Under the pieces are notes generated by a model that searched no databases, was not told the DNA's origin, and was given only the letters and a program-made list of their open reading frames with translations. The position numbers and the translations under genes were made by a program. A stretch of 63,661 nt of DNA, the filler included, from Hausera hauseri (Eukaryota), in assembly GCA_046269625.1 (NCBI GenBank). It is 10 parts of 10 records of this genome, joined end to end, with 100 filler letters (N's around TTAATTAATTAA, not from the genome) between each part and the next. Parts side by side here need not be neighbours in the genome. Positions count along the whole stretch, not along the records: positions 25,710 to 31,068 come from JBJURY010271730.1; positions 31,169 to 35,904 come from JBJURY010456134.1; positions 36,005 to 40,056 come from JBJURY010792424.1; 7 more parts are not named here. One strand, written 5' to 3'. This document shows, piece by piece, positions 25,710 to 38,871 of this stretch; position 1 is the first letter of the stretch; each line of letters starts with the position of its first letter.

Positions 25710-26800
25710 AAATATCATGCATCGAACCAAGATAATATCCTATACTAAGAGCAAAAAGGAAGAAGAATAATAATTATTCCAAAAGGATTGCGAACCGAAG
25801 TACTCATGGCCGAACATGATTCATATCTAGCCGGACATATGCCTTGGAAGAAAATGTTGGAGAGGATATTAAATAAATACTATTGGCCAAGTATCTATGT
25901 TGACGTGAAGTATTGGGTAGGTGCATGCGAAGTTTGTGTGACAAAACAAAAGAAAACAAAAGGCTGTGTAGCAGAATTAAAACCTATAAATGTACCGGAT
26001 AGGCTTATTCAAGCCATATCTATGGACATAGTAGAACGATTGCCTAAAACGCACAAAGATAACAGATACATTCTAACATTCGTAGATCGGCTAACGCATT
26101 TCGTTGAACTAATGGCACTAGTAGATAAAAAAGCAGAAACTTTAGCTAACGCAGTGGTGAGGAATATCATTTGTAGATATGGACCACCAGAACAAATCTT
26201 AACGGATAGAGGAAGGAACTTTACAAGAGAATTATTCGAGAAAATCAGTAAGATATTCGAAATCGAGCGCTTAACCACTACGGCGTACCATCCCCAATGT
26301 AATGGAATGGTAGAGTGGATGAACGCTAAAGTCATTCGGATCTTATCAACAGTAGTAGCAAAAGACCAAAAGTATTGGGATGAATTCTTAGGAGGAACAC
26401 AATTTGCGATTGATACAACTCCACATCCTGAAACGAGATTTACACCGTTCTTTACAATGTATGTGCGAGAGGCAATCTTACCCACAGATCTAGGTATGAC
26501 ACCACATGAAAAGAATTTCTGATATTTAGAGCAAAACTTCGGCGAAGTGTTACAGACAAGATGGCAAAAGTGTTGGGAAGTTTCAAAAACATTATTACTC
26601 GAATATCAGGAACAATTTAAGAAACAATATAATAAAAAAACCAAACCTCATGCCCTGGAAAAGGGAAATTGGGTTTATATACATTACCCAGTCGCGAAGA
26701 AAGGTACATCCCTGAAATTAACACGTACCGGAAGAGGATCATATTAAATCATTCGCATAACGCCGACCACAATGTATGTTAGCAAAATGAAAAAAAAGAA
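25710..26800 (+). mobile_element. Ty3/Gypsy integrase (HHCC + rve DDE core + GPY/F-like tail), disrupted
   Basis: HDSYLAGH...YYWP...CEVC; SMDIV; LTDRGRNF; AYHPQCNGMVE; tail KL...GRGSY. Stop at 26520-26522 interrupts the frame. Confidence 0.92.
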
Positions 26801-26963
26801 GTCGTATCAATCCAAAGAGTGGTTAAAAGAAACATAAGACCAGCTAAATACTACAATCTAAAACCGCGCGAAAACAAGATTTCGTCGATTATCGCTAGAT
26901 CATTATCTTATGCTCAAATAATAGTAGCTTTATCGCTGATTGCTGCGCTAACGCCCAAGTCTA

Positions 26964-27870
26964 ATGCCCAATGGTGAGTCGATGAAACTTTGTCCAGTGA
27001 CATATTAAATCCGGAGAAGCGGACTGAAACTTGTACCGCCAAAACCAGCAACTCCAGAATACAAATTAAAACAAAAAGCCAAAACCTTTTTACGAGCAAC
27101 AAAATTAGATTATTTTTCACCAGAAGCCCCATGTGTTGGGTTTAGGTTACCTATATCACATGAAGGGCGAATGCAAATGGTATTTCATGATCTATTAAAC
27201 CAAATAGAGTCCAATTGTAAATTCGAACCAGAAGACGACACATATTGTTGCAACGTGGTGTACGGACACTCTTAAACTCTTAGTTATCGTGCATATCTAC
27301 CAAACTGTAATGAAGTACACTTGGAAATAAACCTGAATTCATATTTAATTATACCAAAAACTTATGGAGATTATCTTAATATAGAGTTAGAAGACATGTT
27401 TCAATCCACTGATCCATTAAAGCGAATGTTGAAAGAGAATATAGCGAATGTAAAAGAAAACCAAAAGGATCGTTGTATTTAAATAAACACAAAAGGATGG
27501 TTGATTAAAGGACAAGTAATCACAGTTCAAATCTTGAGAAAAGGCAAACCAATTTCTAACCAACAGTATTGTCAAATCGACATTGAAAGGCCGGACAGAT
27601 GCTGTAAAATACCTCGAACATATGAATATAAGATTCGATTAGACTTATACGAAGTAAGAACCAACCAGTCAAGTATTTTTTTGGAAAGCTATGAATTGAA
27701 AAATTCAGTTTGAGGAATTACACCGAAAATGACTACGAGAAACATTACGACTATAAAAACGAATAAAACTATTACAGCTCTCACAAAATTTCACTAAACG
27801 ACAGGATTACCTCAGAAGGAGATAGAAATGATCCCGATTAAATATTGCAAAACAATATAAAAACGATAAA
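26964..27870 (+). pseudogene. Putative spliced accessory ORF downstream of Gypsy pol, unknown function
   Basis: ATG CCC AAT G|GTGAGT (donor 26974) joins ...TTTTTCACCAG|AA (acceptor 27123) in phase 1 to give MPNEAPCVGFRLP..., a long single frame with few stops that includes the 27501-27713 ORF. Confidence 0.45.
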
Positions 27871-30829
27871 TATTAAATACTAATCAATAATCAATGTTAT
27901 TTACCAAATTTATCCAACAAATATAATAACAATACGTTAGTTGCACATAACGGACATTTTATTCAATCCAATATTCAGTCTAATTCTTTTCCAACTTGAT
28001 GAAAATATTAAATAAATACAACAGTACAGTTCGTTCCTTGAGCGTTAATGGATTATAGAAATAATCTTTGACCGGATAAAATATTCGTTTCTGATAAGCC
28101 ACGAGACACACCGATAAACCACAAAGGAACAGAGTAAACAGCATCAAAAATTTCACTTGACACTAGTCTTACAATTTTTGTACCATCTGATGAACAAGTG
28201 AATATTTTATTCCAATGCCTTAATTCTAAATCGATTGAATTGTCTGACACATAATTCGTTGTTAAGAGTTTGTGCGTGCGTGTGTGCGTTTACGAATTAG
28301 ATTATCGAAATAATTGTAATAATGAATGAACGAAACATTGATGACATAATTTTTATTGAATTTTTCAAATTGGAATTAATACGTATATGGTTATTATAGA
28401 GTCATTGTTTGTATAAGCGTAGCATTTTAACCATTCAGTTTACTCTTGAAATCATCTGTTGAAATGTGTAATGTCTTTTCAAATTGTTTTGAAAAATAAT
28501 CGATTTTTTTAATTATACATGAAATTAAATCATCAGCTGTCATTGAAAATCACAAGGCGTTTATATTAAATACAATTACTGACACTTCTAATGTAGATTT
28601 GATATCGTTATTTATGTGCTTAGGAAGCAGTTGGTTTGTTTTATTTCCGACATGTTAAGCAGTATAATTATTCAGCATTAATAAATCATGAAACACGATA
28701 TATAAAGTTTGTTGTGATTCTTCGGGCGGTACGAAGGTTACTTTATATCAAATACGATTCATTAGTTTCAAGTTACGTACATGCGACAATGTTTACAAAA
28801 CTCACGATTTTACTTCTAAATGCAGATTTTTCTGACATTCTGTACAGGAAGATAATGTTTTATGATGAATTCAGTTGTGCATATTATTTTGCTCTTCGGT
28901 TCTTTTTACATACATGGTGGCTCTGCATAAATTATTTTATATTGAAAAAGTATTTTTGTTCACTTGCACAGTAATTGCATATTTCAAGTTTCATATTGAA
29001 ATTAAAAAAAGCGCTAAATTTGTTTCTATATCTAAATGATTTACTTTACATTACGACACATTTTTCGTCAAATGAAAATGCGTAAAAATGGGAGGCTGTG
29101 TATTTTGCACTGATTGTTTCTTAATGATGATCGAGTATTTTGGTAGTACGGTGTGGATTAGAGAATGGCGTAGCAAATATCGATGGAAAATTGAAAACGA
29201 TAAATTATAGTAGAGTCTTAGATGGTTGTAGTGATTTATTTTTGTAAATGGATTAAATACTGTGAGTAATTTTCAATGCACCAGTGACAAACAGCATTAA
29301 ATATTGATTAATTGATATCTTTTATTTCAGCGTTGGGATAATAACTATCAGTATGAGATTTTTTTGCATTTGTAATTCGGAATAAAATGTATGACATTGT
29401 CTACAATAATATTACGTTATTTCAACGGGAAATCAAATCATTTTATACGTAAATTACTGGATCGAAATGAACTTGTGAAGACCTTCCTTTCATAGGCACT
29501 ACTGTCTTTTTATCCAAACGTAAATATTTAATTTACTGGCTCATTCAAATTACTGAAACCAATTTTTAACAGACAGTCAGTGACGTCATTAATCACTAAA
29601 ACCATTTACCACGTGTTATTTGTGAGTGTTATGAAAAACGGTCACGGATTTGCCAAATTCTTATTGTACAGTAAATTGTGAGTGAATTAGCGTAACGAAT
29701 GATTTTTATTTATTTATATTATGGTGTAACAACGACACTAGATGGATTTATGTTAATATGGAAATTATCGTAATAACAAGTGGGAAACGGGGCTCAATGT
29801 AAAATTAATATACATTAAAGATTTTCATATAGAATTTTGCAAATGGACTCAAAACATTTGAAATGTAGAAATAACTTCATATATTTTCTTATATTTTCTT
29901 TACTTGTAATGTTCTTTCATTCGTATCTGTTATTGTATCTTACCTAATCTCTCTTGTCTCTCCTGTCTGTTCCCGTTATTTTATTTACTCATTTGTTACA
30001 TCTGTTGTAATATTTTGTTATACCTATGCTCATATGTTATGTTTTATTTATTCCTGAATTCTACACATTCCTCATCAAAGTAAGTAGACAACATGGACAT
30101 AATTCTTATACATATTTATTCTCCAACTTCAGATGCTTCACAAAAGAAGAACTAAATATTGTATAAACACATAAACATAGCACTTCAACAAGAGCTGAAG
30201 CTCAGTGATCTAAATCTCCCATAGACTTTTCTCCTTGATAGCCAAGTGCAGCATAAATCTGCCTGTGCTTCTGCTGCTATTGACCCTCCTTGTCAGGATG
30301 GTGTTGGACTCTTCAGTTAAACTAACTTGTAGTTGTACCGTTAAACTAACATGTAGTTACACCGTTTCCACAGTATTCTAAATTGTGTGGTTAGTTCCTC
30401 TGTCCAAAGACATGTGTTATGCCACTTATTTTGCCTCGCGCGTTAGTTCACTAACGCTATAATCTGGTGACAGACACCGCGGTTGACAGAACTCTTGTTT
30501 CCAATTGCGATCGCGAAAGTCCCATGACTACAAAAGAACAAGACTACTTTCACTGACACATCTGTTTACAGCATTTACGCTTTATACTTTGTATTTCAAG
30601 ACGTGCCACACTGTCATGTGTGTCGTATATCAAGTTTCAGCTTATAGCAGCGGTCTTCAAACTTACGCAGCTTGAGACATACTAAATAAACTATAAAATT
30701 AACACCAACATTTAATTACGTTACTGCAAGTTGCTAGTACAAAACTGGACACGAATGACTATCCCCGCTGTATATTCAATATCACGTATGCAATTTACAT
30801 CAATATAATATTGATATATCAGATGTTTA

Positions 30830-31068
30830 TCACGTGGCCTGTTCTTTATAGAACAGCGTCCTCATCAAAACCCGTCTGAAAGATGCTCTGTCTCGAGTCG
30901 GTTCGGTTGCCTCTCTCAAGCTCATATTTAGAGTCTCCTTGATGTCCTGTGTCCAGCGATGTCTTGGTCTTCCCTTGCCCTTTGTACTAGGAACAATACC
31001 TTCCATTACTATTCTCTCCAGGCCATGACGTTTAACGGGGCCAAAATATTTCAGTTCTGGAGACATGA
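30830..31068 (-). mobile_element. RTE-clade LINE 3' end
   Basis: LKYFGxVKRxxLERIVMEGxVxxxKGKGRPRxRWxxDIKE is the characteristic RTE ORF C-terminal motif. Confidence 0.85.
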
Positions 31069-32149
31069 NNNNNNNNNNNNNNNNNNNNNNNNNNNNNNNN
31101 NNNNNNNNNNNNTTAATTAATTAANNNNNNNNNNNNNNNNNNNNNNNNNNNNNNNNNNNNNNNNNNNNCACACCCAGTTTGGTTCAATGATCGCTATTTT
31201 TGTTTGTGATTTTGTAACCAATATGTTTAGCTGCTCCTCATTGAGATCATTGCTTAATTCTAAATTTTGTGACAAAAATACACTCTTTTTGTCTTGTTCA
31301 TTTCAGGATTTAAAATTACTTAACAACACATTGTTCTCAAAAATAGTCTTCAAGTAAAGTGAAGTAAGACCAGATATGAGCAAAATGCTGGAACCAGTAG
31401 AAGTTTAATTAATCAACACAAAACTGGAAGTGTTAGTCATGGAGTGCTGCAAGAANNNNNNNNNNAACTACAAGAGTTCAGAGCACTTACGGACTTGTTC
31501 CTCATGCAACGAAGATGATCTGTCGACTAACTAACACACAGTTAAACAATATTGAGGAAATGCAAAACATTCCAAATCTGATGATTCTCTTTCTAACTCT
31601 GTGCCAAGATAAAAATTAATTGAATTAATTTTCAAGACTGCACCAAAGGAACATAATTTTTCATAAAATTTAAAAAGTAAAATTTCTTATCAGCCATCTC
31701 TCGGTGAACAGGTAAAATCAAAGTAACATTTCACCATATATGGTAGGATCATGCACAAAAGATACCATTAACATGCTTACATCTGCAACATAATGATACA
31801 GACGTATTACAACAGGAAAAAAATGTAAGATTTGTGACTTGTTTTGTCTAAAATGGGTTTACCGTAGCTTCATATATCAAACACATGACATCAATTAAAA
31901 ACTGTCTAACTAGCTGCTAAAAAAATTGTCAAGATAGCAGTTTGTGTGTGTTCACTCCTCAGACTGGCTGTGGAGTGTGAGGTCCAAGGACAAAGCAGAA
32001 AGTCAGCCTGAGGGACAGACAAACAGAGGAACCCAGGCCAAGTGAACACCACTGAAAACAAAAAGATTAAAGTAGAGTGACCTTCACAGATGACTTAACA
32101 TATTGAGTGGCTTCTGGTTTTTATATCTAGTCTCAACCATAGATTCTAT

Positions 32150-33720
32150 ATATTAGTTTAGTTTATTATTTTTTTAAATATATCAAAACAAAACAACAAC
32201 AAACAAACAAAAATACAGCATGAAGCATAATGTCAAAACTTTTTGTTTTACATATTCAAGGGAGTGGGTAGAAGTATAAACTTATCAAATTTCCCACTCC
32301 TTAACCACTTACATAATCTTACACATTTTGCATATATAATCCATACATATAACAAATAAACCCTTATTTAATAGTCAACCCATCAATATAATATATATTT
32401 AATTTTAACTACAGTAGCTGAATAATTATTATTTCTTTAACTTCTTCAAAAACAAAACTAGCATCAATAACAAAACATAAACAATAATTGAATAATAATA
32501 TTATACATTATATCCAGCAATAATCATATGTTTATCTGATAATTTGAACCGTTTTATGTTTGAACATTGTCTAAGTTCAAAACTCAAATTATTCCACAGT
32601 TTGACTCCACTTACTGATACACAAAAGTTTTTTCTAGTAGTTCTGAATTTGCATATTTTAAACTGTGATTCCCCCCTTAACTTATAAATTTGCTCCTTAG
32701 GCTTAAACAAATTTTGAATATTTTCCGGTAATTGTTTATTATTTGCTTTATAAAGAATTAGAGCTGTCTTTACTTTCACTATGTCAATGAACTTTAATAA
32801 TTTAGATTTTACAAATAGTAAATTAGTGCTTTCTAAATATCCCACCTTGTGAATTATTCTTATTGCTCTTTTTTGTAGTATTATTATTGCCTGTAGTGCA
32901 GTTTTATAATTGTTGCCCCAGATTTCTGCACAATAACTTAAATATGGTAAGATTAGTGAACAGTAAAGTACGTGTAAAGCTTTTTGTTCTATGACAGTCT
33001 TGGCTTTGTTTAATAGGGCGATATTTTTTGACATTTTACTTTGAACATATTTGATGTGTGCTTTCCAGTTGAGTTTATCATCAATAATGACACCTAGAAA
33101 TTTGTTTTCATGAACTCTTTCAATATTCACCCCATCTATTTGTATTTGAATTTCTGTATGTGAGTGACAGTTCCCAAATAACATTAATTTTGTTTTGTTT
33201 AGGTTCAAGGACAGCTTATTTTCATCAAACCACATTTTAAGTCTGTTCATTTCATCAGTTACATCCTTTAACAATTGTTTCATGTCATCACCAACACAAA
33301 ACATGTTTGTATCATCGGCAAATAATATACTTTTCATTTTCTCAGGTGCATAACATAGATCATTTATCTAAATTATAAACAGCTTGGGACCCAGAACTGA
33401 CCCTTGAGGAACCCCACAAACAATATCCAAACATCCAGAACAAACATCTCCTAACTTCACATACTGCTGTCTGCCATTCAAATAACTTTGAACCCAGTCT
33501 AGTGCTACTCCCCTTATCCCATAGCGTTCAAGTTTTTTTAATAATAAATTATGATAATTTATTTTTAATATGGATTTCATTAACAGGAAAGTTTTGTAAA
33601 ATATCAGTATATTTTACAGACATGATGGTATTCAGAAATTTATTTTCCTCCATGATTTGTCCAAAAGTCTTAAAAGCAGCAGAAATTAAAATCTCAAAAT
33701 CAGTCACTGTTAAAAAAAGA
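32150..33720 (-). mobile_element. CR1/L2/Crack-group non-LTR retrotransposon, RT C-terminal half plus 3' UTR
   Basis: GVPQGSVLGP, LFADDTN, LNLNKTK, KFLGVIIDDKLNWKAHI, LQKRAIRII motifs; frameshift near 33368; A-rich repeat tail near 32150-32215. Confidence 0.9.
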
Positions 33721-35211
33721 AGGTAAATTGAATAGATTTATCTTTTTAATCATGTGTCCACACTTCCTTCCAGTTGGTGACGGTATTGCGCGTTTCTAGC
33801 TGGTTTGGCACGGCCATAGAATAGAAGAAGAAGCCACAACAAAGCAGCGTTGTAGTGATTCAAATCGGTGTGTGTGAGTAAATAAGGCAAGGTAAATAGT
33901 GTTAGAGCTTGTACAGAAGTGAAGTATTTTTCCCCTTAAAGCTGAAACAGGTGAGTTGCAGTAAATGTAGTTTTATTGTGAAGTATGTTAGTGAGTGAAG
34001 CCCAGGCAGATACAGTATTGCGCAATGACTGTGTGCATAGTTTAAATATCGCCGTTTTCACATTCTATTAGGTTCGGCGAGGCGCTCTAATGTGCACGGT
34101 GTGCGGTAGTATAAACATTAGGTCGTGAGTTCGATTCCAGGTGTCTTCGCTATAAGCACATGGCCCTTTATAATGCTTATCTATCAGATCGCATGATAAA
34201 CAGATCTACAGATAAATTCACAGTGGTCATGCATAAGGCACCTTTGGTAGGTCGGAAGTCGTCGGCAATTTTGCATCTTACCTAACTAAATCTCTTTTCA
34301 CAACATTCAATACAACCTCTGACACCGATCTGTCTGCACAACCATTTCATGTATTACACTCTACCACCATCTCATGGAAATACTTTAACATACACCTGCA
34401 TCAATCCACAAGCTGGGAAACAGTAAGGCTCACTTATGGACAATATAGCTTCTACAACCATCTTCAAACTTACCACATAGTTTTTAAAAACAACAACAAA
34501 TGACTGCAATGTGCTTGTGCCATCAGAAAAACACTACATGTCATGAACACCGCTGATGCTCTGTGGACCAGCCCTCATATCAACCTGGAGCTCATTCTAC
34601 ACTATTAATGTTGGCTTAAAGTAAATGTGGCCTACAGTTAACTTTTAGAATGATCTGTATTTAAAAGATTCAAACAAACTTGGTCTGCTTTGAATGATTA
34701 AAGAAATGAGGGAGATTGAAATATTTTCACACAACTCTTCTTGTGTGTATTAGTGTGTAATTGTCTGAACAAAGTAGGATCCCAGTTGCTTTGACATGAT
34801 GTACATAAATAAATATATTTATTTAGTGAAGAACGACTTCCTCAAATTTGACTGAATCAAGCATGATTATCAACCCCTGTGTGTCATCTTTCAGTAACAC
34901 TTATAGAAACTCTTTGGTAACATTCTGTCTCACAACAACTCTGCCTTCCACACTGGAGAGCTGTATTTAAAATATTCCCACACTTAAACAGTTTGAAAAT
35001 GAATAGTTTACAGGTAAAAAGGTCAGACCTGCTGTGAACTAATAATTGAGTGTTTTAATGACAACAGTTTTTATTTAGGCCTAATTTGTCTTCCAAAGGG
35101 CTGAGGCTGGGAGCAGTGAGGCCTGGAGAGTAGCTGAGGACGACGGGTTCTGGCGCACCGGCGGGGACTGGTGGTGGTTGAAGGACGAGACTGGAGGCAG
35201 CTGACGAGATC

Positions 35212-35904
35212 ATGCCTGGAAGACGGGGCTCTGGTAGAGAAAAAGAACCTGGTGTCGTGGAGAACATGGAGGAGATTAAAAAATCATTAAACTACATGTC
35301 GGCCGAGCTCACTAAACTAGCTTCACAGCAGGAAAAACTGATCGGCCTGATAGAAGAAGTGAAGACATTGAAATTGATGGTGCAGGAGAGAGACAGGAGA
35401 ATATCTGAACTGGAAAGAAGAGTGGATGATCTGGAACAATACTCAAGAAGAGAGGAGGTCATCATAACTGGATTGAAGACGAGACACAGAACATACGCTC
35501 GAGTTGCTTCAGGTGAAATAACAACAGAGGATGCACCACAAGGTGAGATGCAAACACTGGAACAACAAGTAGTGACTTTTTTACAGAGTAAAGACATCAA
35601 TATTCAGAAAGAAACAATATCAATCTGTCACACCCTGCCCAGCAGGACAGAGGAACCAACAATTGTCATCAGATTCATCAGTAGAAAGACAAAAGATGAC
35701 CTCTTAACACAAGCAAGGAAATGAAAAGGAACAAGAGTATAAATTGATGAACATTTAACAAAAAAGAATGCAAACATTGCACAAGAAGCAAGGTTCTTAA
35801 AAAAAACAAAGTGGAAGGATGTATATGTTGACGATGTTAACAGAGCATATGATGTGCTTATTAATATTTTGGGAGTTCTGTATAAAAACATTGTATGCTA
35901 AATA
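35212..35904 (+). mobile_element. CR1/L2/Crack-group LINE ORF1 (coiled coil + RRM-like), joined to an ORF2 linker fragment
   Basis: LERRVDDLEQYSRREEVIITGL...ISICHTLP...IVIRF...EHLTKKNA, typical of ORF1 in fish LINEs of this group; WKDVYVDDVNRAYD (ca. 35812) resembles the EN-RT linker of ORF2. Confidence 0.75.
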
Positions 35905-36005
35905 NNNNNNNNNNNNNNNNNNNNNNNNNNNNNNNNNNNNNNNNNNNNTTAATTAATTAANNNNNNNNNNNNNNNNNNNNNNNNNNNNNNNNNNNNNNNN
36001 NNNNC

Positions 36006-37871
36006 TTCTGGATACTCGTTGCATTAAGTGTTTTATTAGTAATATTAGGTTTACTTCTGCCCCCAGTAATTTATTATTCTAAAGTTAGACGGCGACAACG
36101 TAAAACAAAAGAGATAATAAGACAATTAAAATTGTTAAGGGAAAACTCCCAAGATAGCATAGGCGCGCCTCCCTTAAACAATGAGAATCGGCAAATCGCC
36201 GAACCTGAATTGTTTGATAACGACAATTGTCAAGCCGTAGAATTGACCGAATATAAACGGCAAAACTGTCCGTTAATGCTTACCGATGAGAATCGAACAA
36301 ATAAAAAGATTAAACGACAAGAAAGTCGATCAACTAATATAATTGTATATTATTGCACAGCGGTACAAGATAAGGCCGTTGAAATTTTTACGACCTACCA
36401 AAATTGCAAATTAAATAAACGAATTTATAGTCATAAACTATTTCTAAATCTTTCTTGGCTGATACTAATTTCTTTTTTTTCAGTTCAAGAAGGATCCGAA
36501 TTAGTGGAGAGAACAAAATCGTTTTATTTCAACATTATCAACAACATTAATCAAACAGTCGAGAAAGATTATTTGTATTTCGGTAAAGCCAATCTCATCC
36601 CAAACAACTTGAAAGGCCACTTGGTTGACCAGAGAGCCGGACTGATTATCAAATTGCCAAACGCCTCAACAAAACTTTCAGATCTTATTGATATCTCCAC
36701 GCGAACAACTTCTGTATATATATCTGTAGCAAAAGAAAAGTTGCAGATAAAAAGCAGAGCCCATATAAACGATTTTACTGATACCCTCGAAGTCACACCA
36801 TTCTCAACAGTCAGATTGGACAAGCGACTCTATAAGAATGTTACAATCATACTACGGGCATATGGAGGACAAGCCCCAATTGTCTACATCGAGGTAACTC
36901 GGAGAGAAAACCTTCCTCAGATTGAATGTGAGAAACCCCTTTACCCTGCCAATCTACCAAACCGAGAACAATTGGTATCTGGAATATCCTTCTGTCGATT
37001 ACCAAAAATAAAAGAAAATAGAATATGCGTCTTAGCAGTCAATTCCGCATACCTGTTAACCCCATTACGAAATAAAGAACTGACGTTGGTAGAAATAACC
37101 ATTATGAACTTACAAGGAACCATTATCTTTGATGAAGTTATCACCCCAAGGGAAAGAATCGACAATTATAATAGCCAAATTACCGGACTAAAAGAAACAG
37201 ATATTCAAGGACAGATGGATTCTTATCAGGCCAGATCTTTAATTAGACAAAAATTAAATGGAAGATTAATTGTTGGTATGGATGTATATAACAATAACTT
37301 ACATCTGGATCTGGTTGACACTAATGCCATTCACGGTATCCGAGATTTGTTGTACCATTGTGAAATAAATCCAGAGAAAAAACTTACTCAAAAACAAATT
37401 CTGATGAAGTATAACGAAATAGTATATCCCCTCCGTACCCGAGAAAAGGCTCTTGTAATGCTAAAAATTTACAAATCGATTTGTGAGTATAAAGTGGATA
37501 ATGATGAAATTCATGAACAATCCTCCATTTCAAAAGAAATCTCTCAACAAGCCTTATCAAAAACTACCTCTAACCCAATTTCTGAACCAATGGACATCGA
37601 TAAACCCTTAAAGACCTCCATTCCGGACCAACCAACTACCAGTGAAATGGTTCCTATTATAAACTCAAACGACTCCATTACAATTGACCTTACAAAAACC
37701 AAGAAAAGAAGAACAACTCGTGAAACGGTCACCCTGAAAAAGAAAATCCGGAAGGGCAATCAGTGGTTGCGGTTAGATTCCGCTAATTATCGATATACAA
37801 ATGGAATTCTGGAAACCTACCCTCTGGCGCTGAGGACAACGCCATCTGAGGAGGGAAGTGTTGACAATTAG
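36006..37871 (+). CDS. LTR-element 3' ORF: transmembrane helix + tail + unknown domain + inactive REX4/ISG20-like DEDDh exonuclease fold
   Basis: The frame is open from the contig edge (FWILVALSVLLVILGLLLPPVIYYSKVRRRQRK). Segment VEITIMNLQGTIIFDEVITPRERIDNYNSQITGLKETDI...LNGRLIVG...IRD aligns by eye with REX4-like nucleases, but the acidic catalytic residues are missing. The ORF ends across a polypurine tract. Confidence 0.65.
   Translation, partial: FWILVALSVLLVILGLLLPPVIYYSKVRRRQRKTKEIIRQLKLLRENSQDSIGAPPLNNENRQIAEPELFDNDNCQAVELTEYKRQNCPLMLTDENRTNKKIKRQESRSTNIIVYYCTAVQDKAVEIFTTYQNCKLNKRIYSHKLFLNLSWLILISFFSVQEGSELVERTKSFYFNIINNINQTVEKDYLYFGKANLIPNNLKGHLVDQRAGLIIKLPNASTKLSDLIDISTRTTSVYISVAKEKLQIKSRAHINDFTDTLEVTPFSTVRLDKRLYKNVTIILRAYGGQAPIVYIEVTRRENLPQIECEKPLYPANLPNREQLVSGISFCRLPKIKENRICVLAVNSAYLLTPLRNKELTLVEITIMNLQGTIIFDEVITPRERIDNYNSQITGLKETDIQGQMDSYQARSLIRQKLNGRLIVGMDVYNNNLHLDLVDTNAIHGIRDLLYHCEINPEKKLTQKQILMKYNEIVYPLRTREKALVMLKIYKSICEYKVDNDEIHEQSSISKEISQQALSKTTSNPISEPMDIDKPLKTSIPDQPTTSEMVPIINSNDSITIDLTKTKKRRTTRETVTLKKKIRKGNQWLRLDSANYRYTNGILETYPLALRTTPSEEGSVDN
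37848..37858 (+). promoter_or_regulatory. Polypurine tract of an LTR retrotransposon
   Basis: GAGGAC...GAGGAGGGAAG immediately followed by TGTTGA. Confidence 0.65.
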
Positions 37872-38871
37872 CAGATAACAGATGGTCATAAATTATGTCG
37901 GTGATCCATTTTTAAACGACTGAACATTCACATGTAATTATAAATATTCCAATGTGATTATTTTGAATGCTGTTAAATTCCCATGTGATTTTTCTTCATA
38001 CTCTTAATGTAAATAAACAGTATATAAACCTACTTACTGACCGACTAAATCATAAATCTACTTACTTGCTTATATTATTGTGTATCAACCTCAGACTATT
38101 GTTGCAGTTTCCATGTATTACAATTGTTGTAAGTATCATCTTTATTCTTATTGCGTAATTTTTGTTGTATGTAATTAGTAATACATATTGTACGGTAAAT
38201 TATTTTCTTTTATATATTTTAAGGATAATTAAGGATTTGTTAAACTTAGGGCCCTCTTTTGGTATTCCGCCCATAAGGCGGTTGTCTAAACTCTTATAAC
38301 TAAGGGGATACGACACTAGTGTACCTCCTAGTGATCGTTACACACGCATACACCAAACTAATTGATAAAGCAGACCCCACAGGCTGCTTTTAAGATTGAA
38401 TAACAAGTAGAGTCTTGGGAGCAAATTACCCTAGACTATATTGAGTAGTATTTTATAGTATAAGTTTAGGGTTGAGAAAAACCCAAACTTCCTTTCTAAC
38501 CCATTAAACTTATCACATTTAATTTTAAATATTTTGATACTACTGATTAATTTATCAGTAATACGTAACTATTGTTAATTAATGAAAGTAATTATTTGAT
38601 TCGAACTGAATTCGCGAAAGAGTAACTCGTTGACCTTGGATAATCTTAAGATTCGGTACTTATACAGTATCCTCCCCATAGATATATTACCCTTAATATC
38701 AAATGCATATAATTGATAAGCCAGGGATCAAACGATCCACGAGAAGCTAGTATAACCTCTAAACAAGTGACCAACGAACGAAAAATATGTAAAGCAAATA
38801 TCAAAGTCGGACCATATCACCACTCCCAATTGATATGACATTATTGGTAGCCAAGGTCGGTTTCATCAACA
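37859..38871 (+). mobile_element. Putative 3' LTR (right boundary uncertain)
   Basis: Begins TGTTGA after the PPT. Candidate end TCAACA at 38866-38871 forms a 6-bp terminal inverted repeat; an alternative end is GACA at 38840. Confidence 0.45.

Noticed and set aside
28053-28974. Short ORFs in AT-rich DNA
   Set aside because: No recognisable motifs or splice structure.
34095-34150. tRNA-like B box (GTTCGATTCC)
   Set aside because: No cloverleaf could be folded; at most a SINE head remnant.
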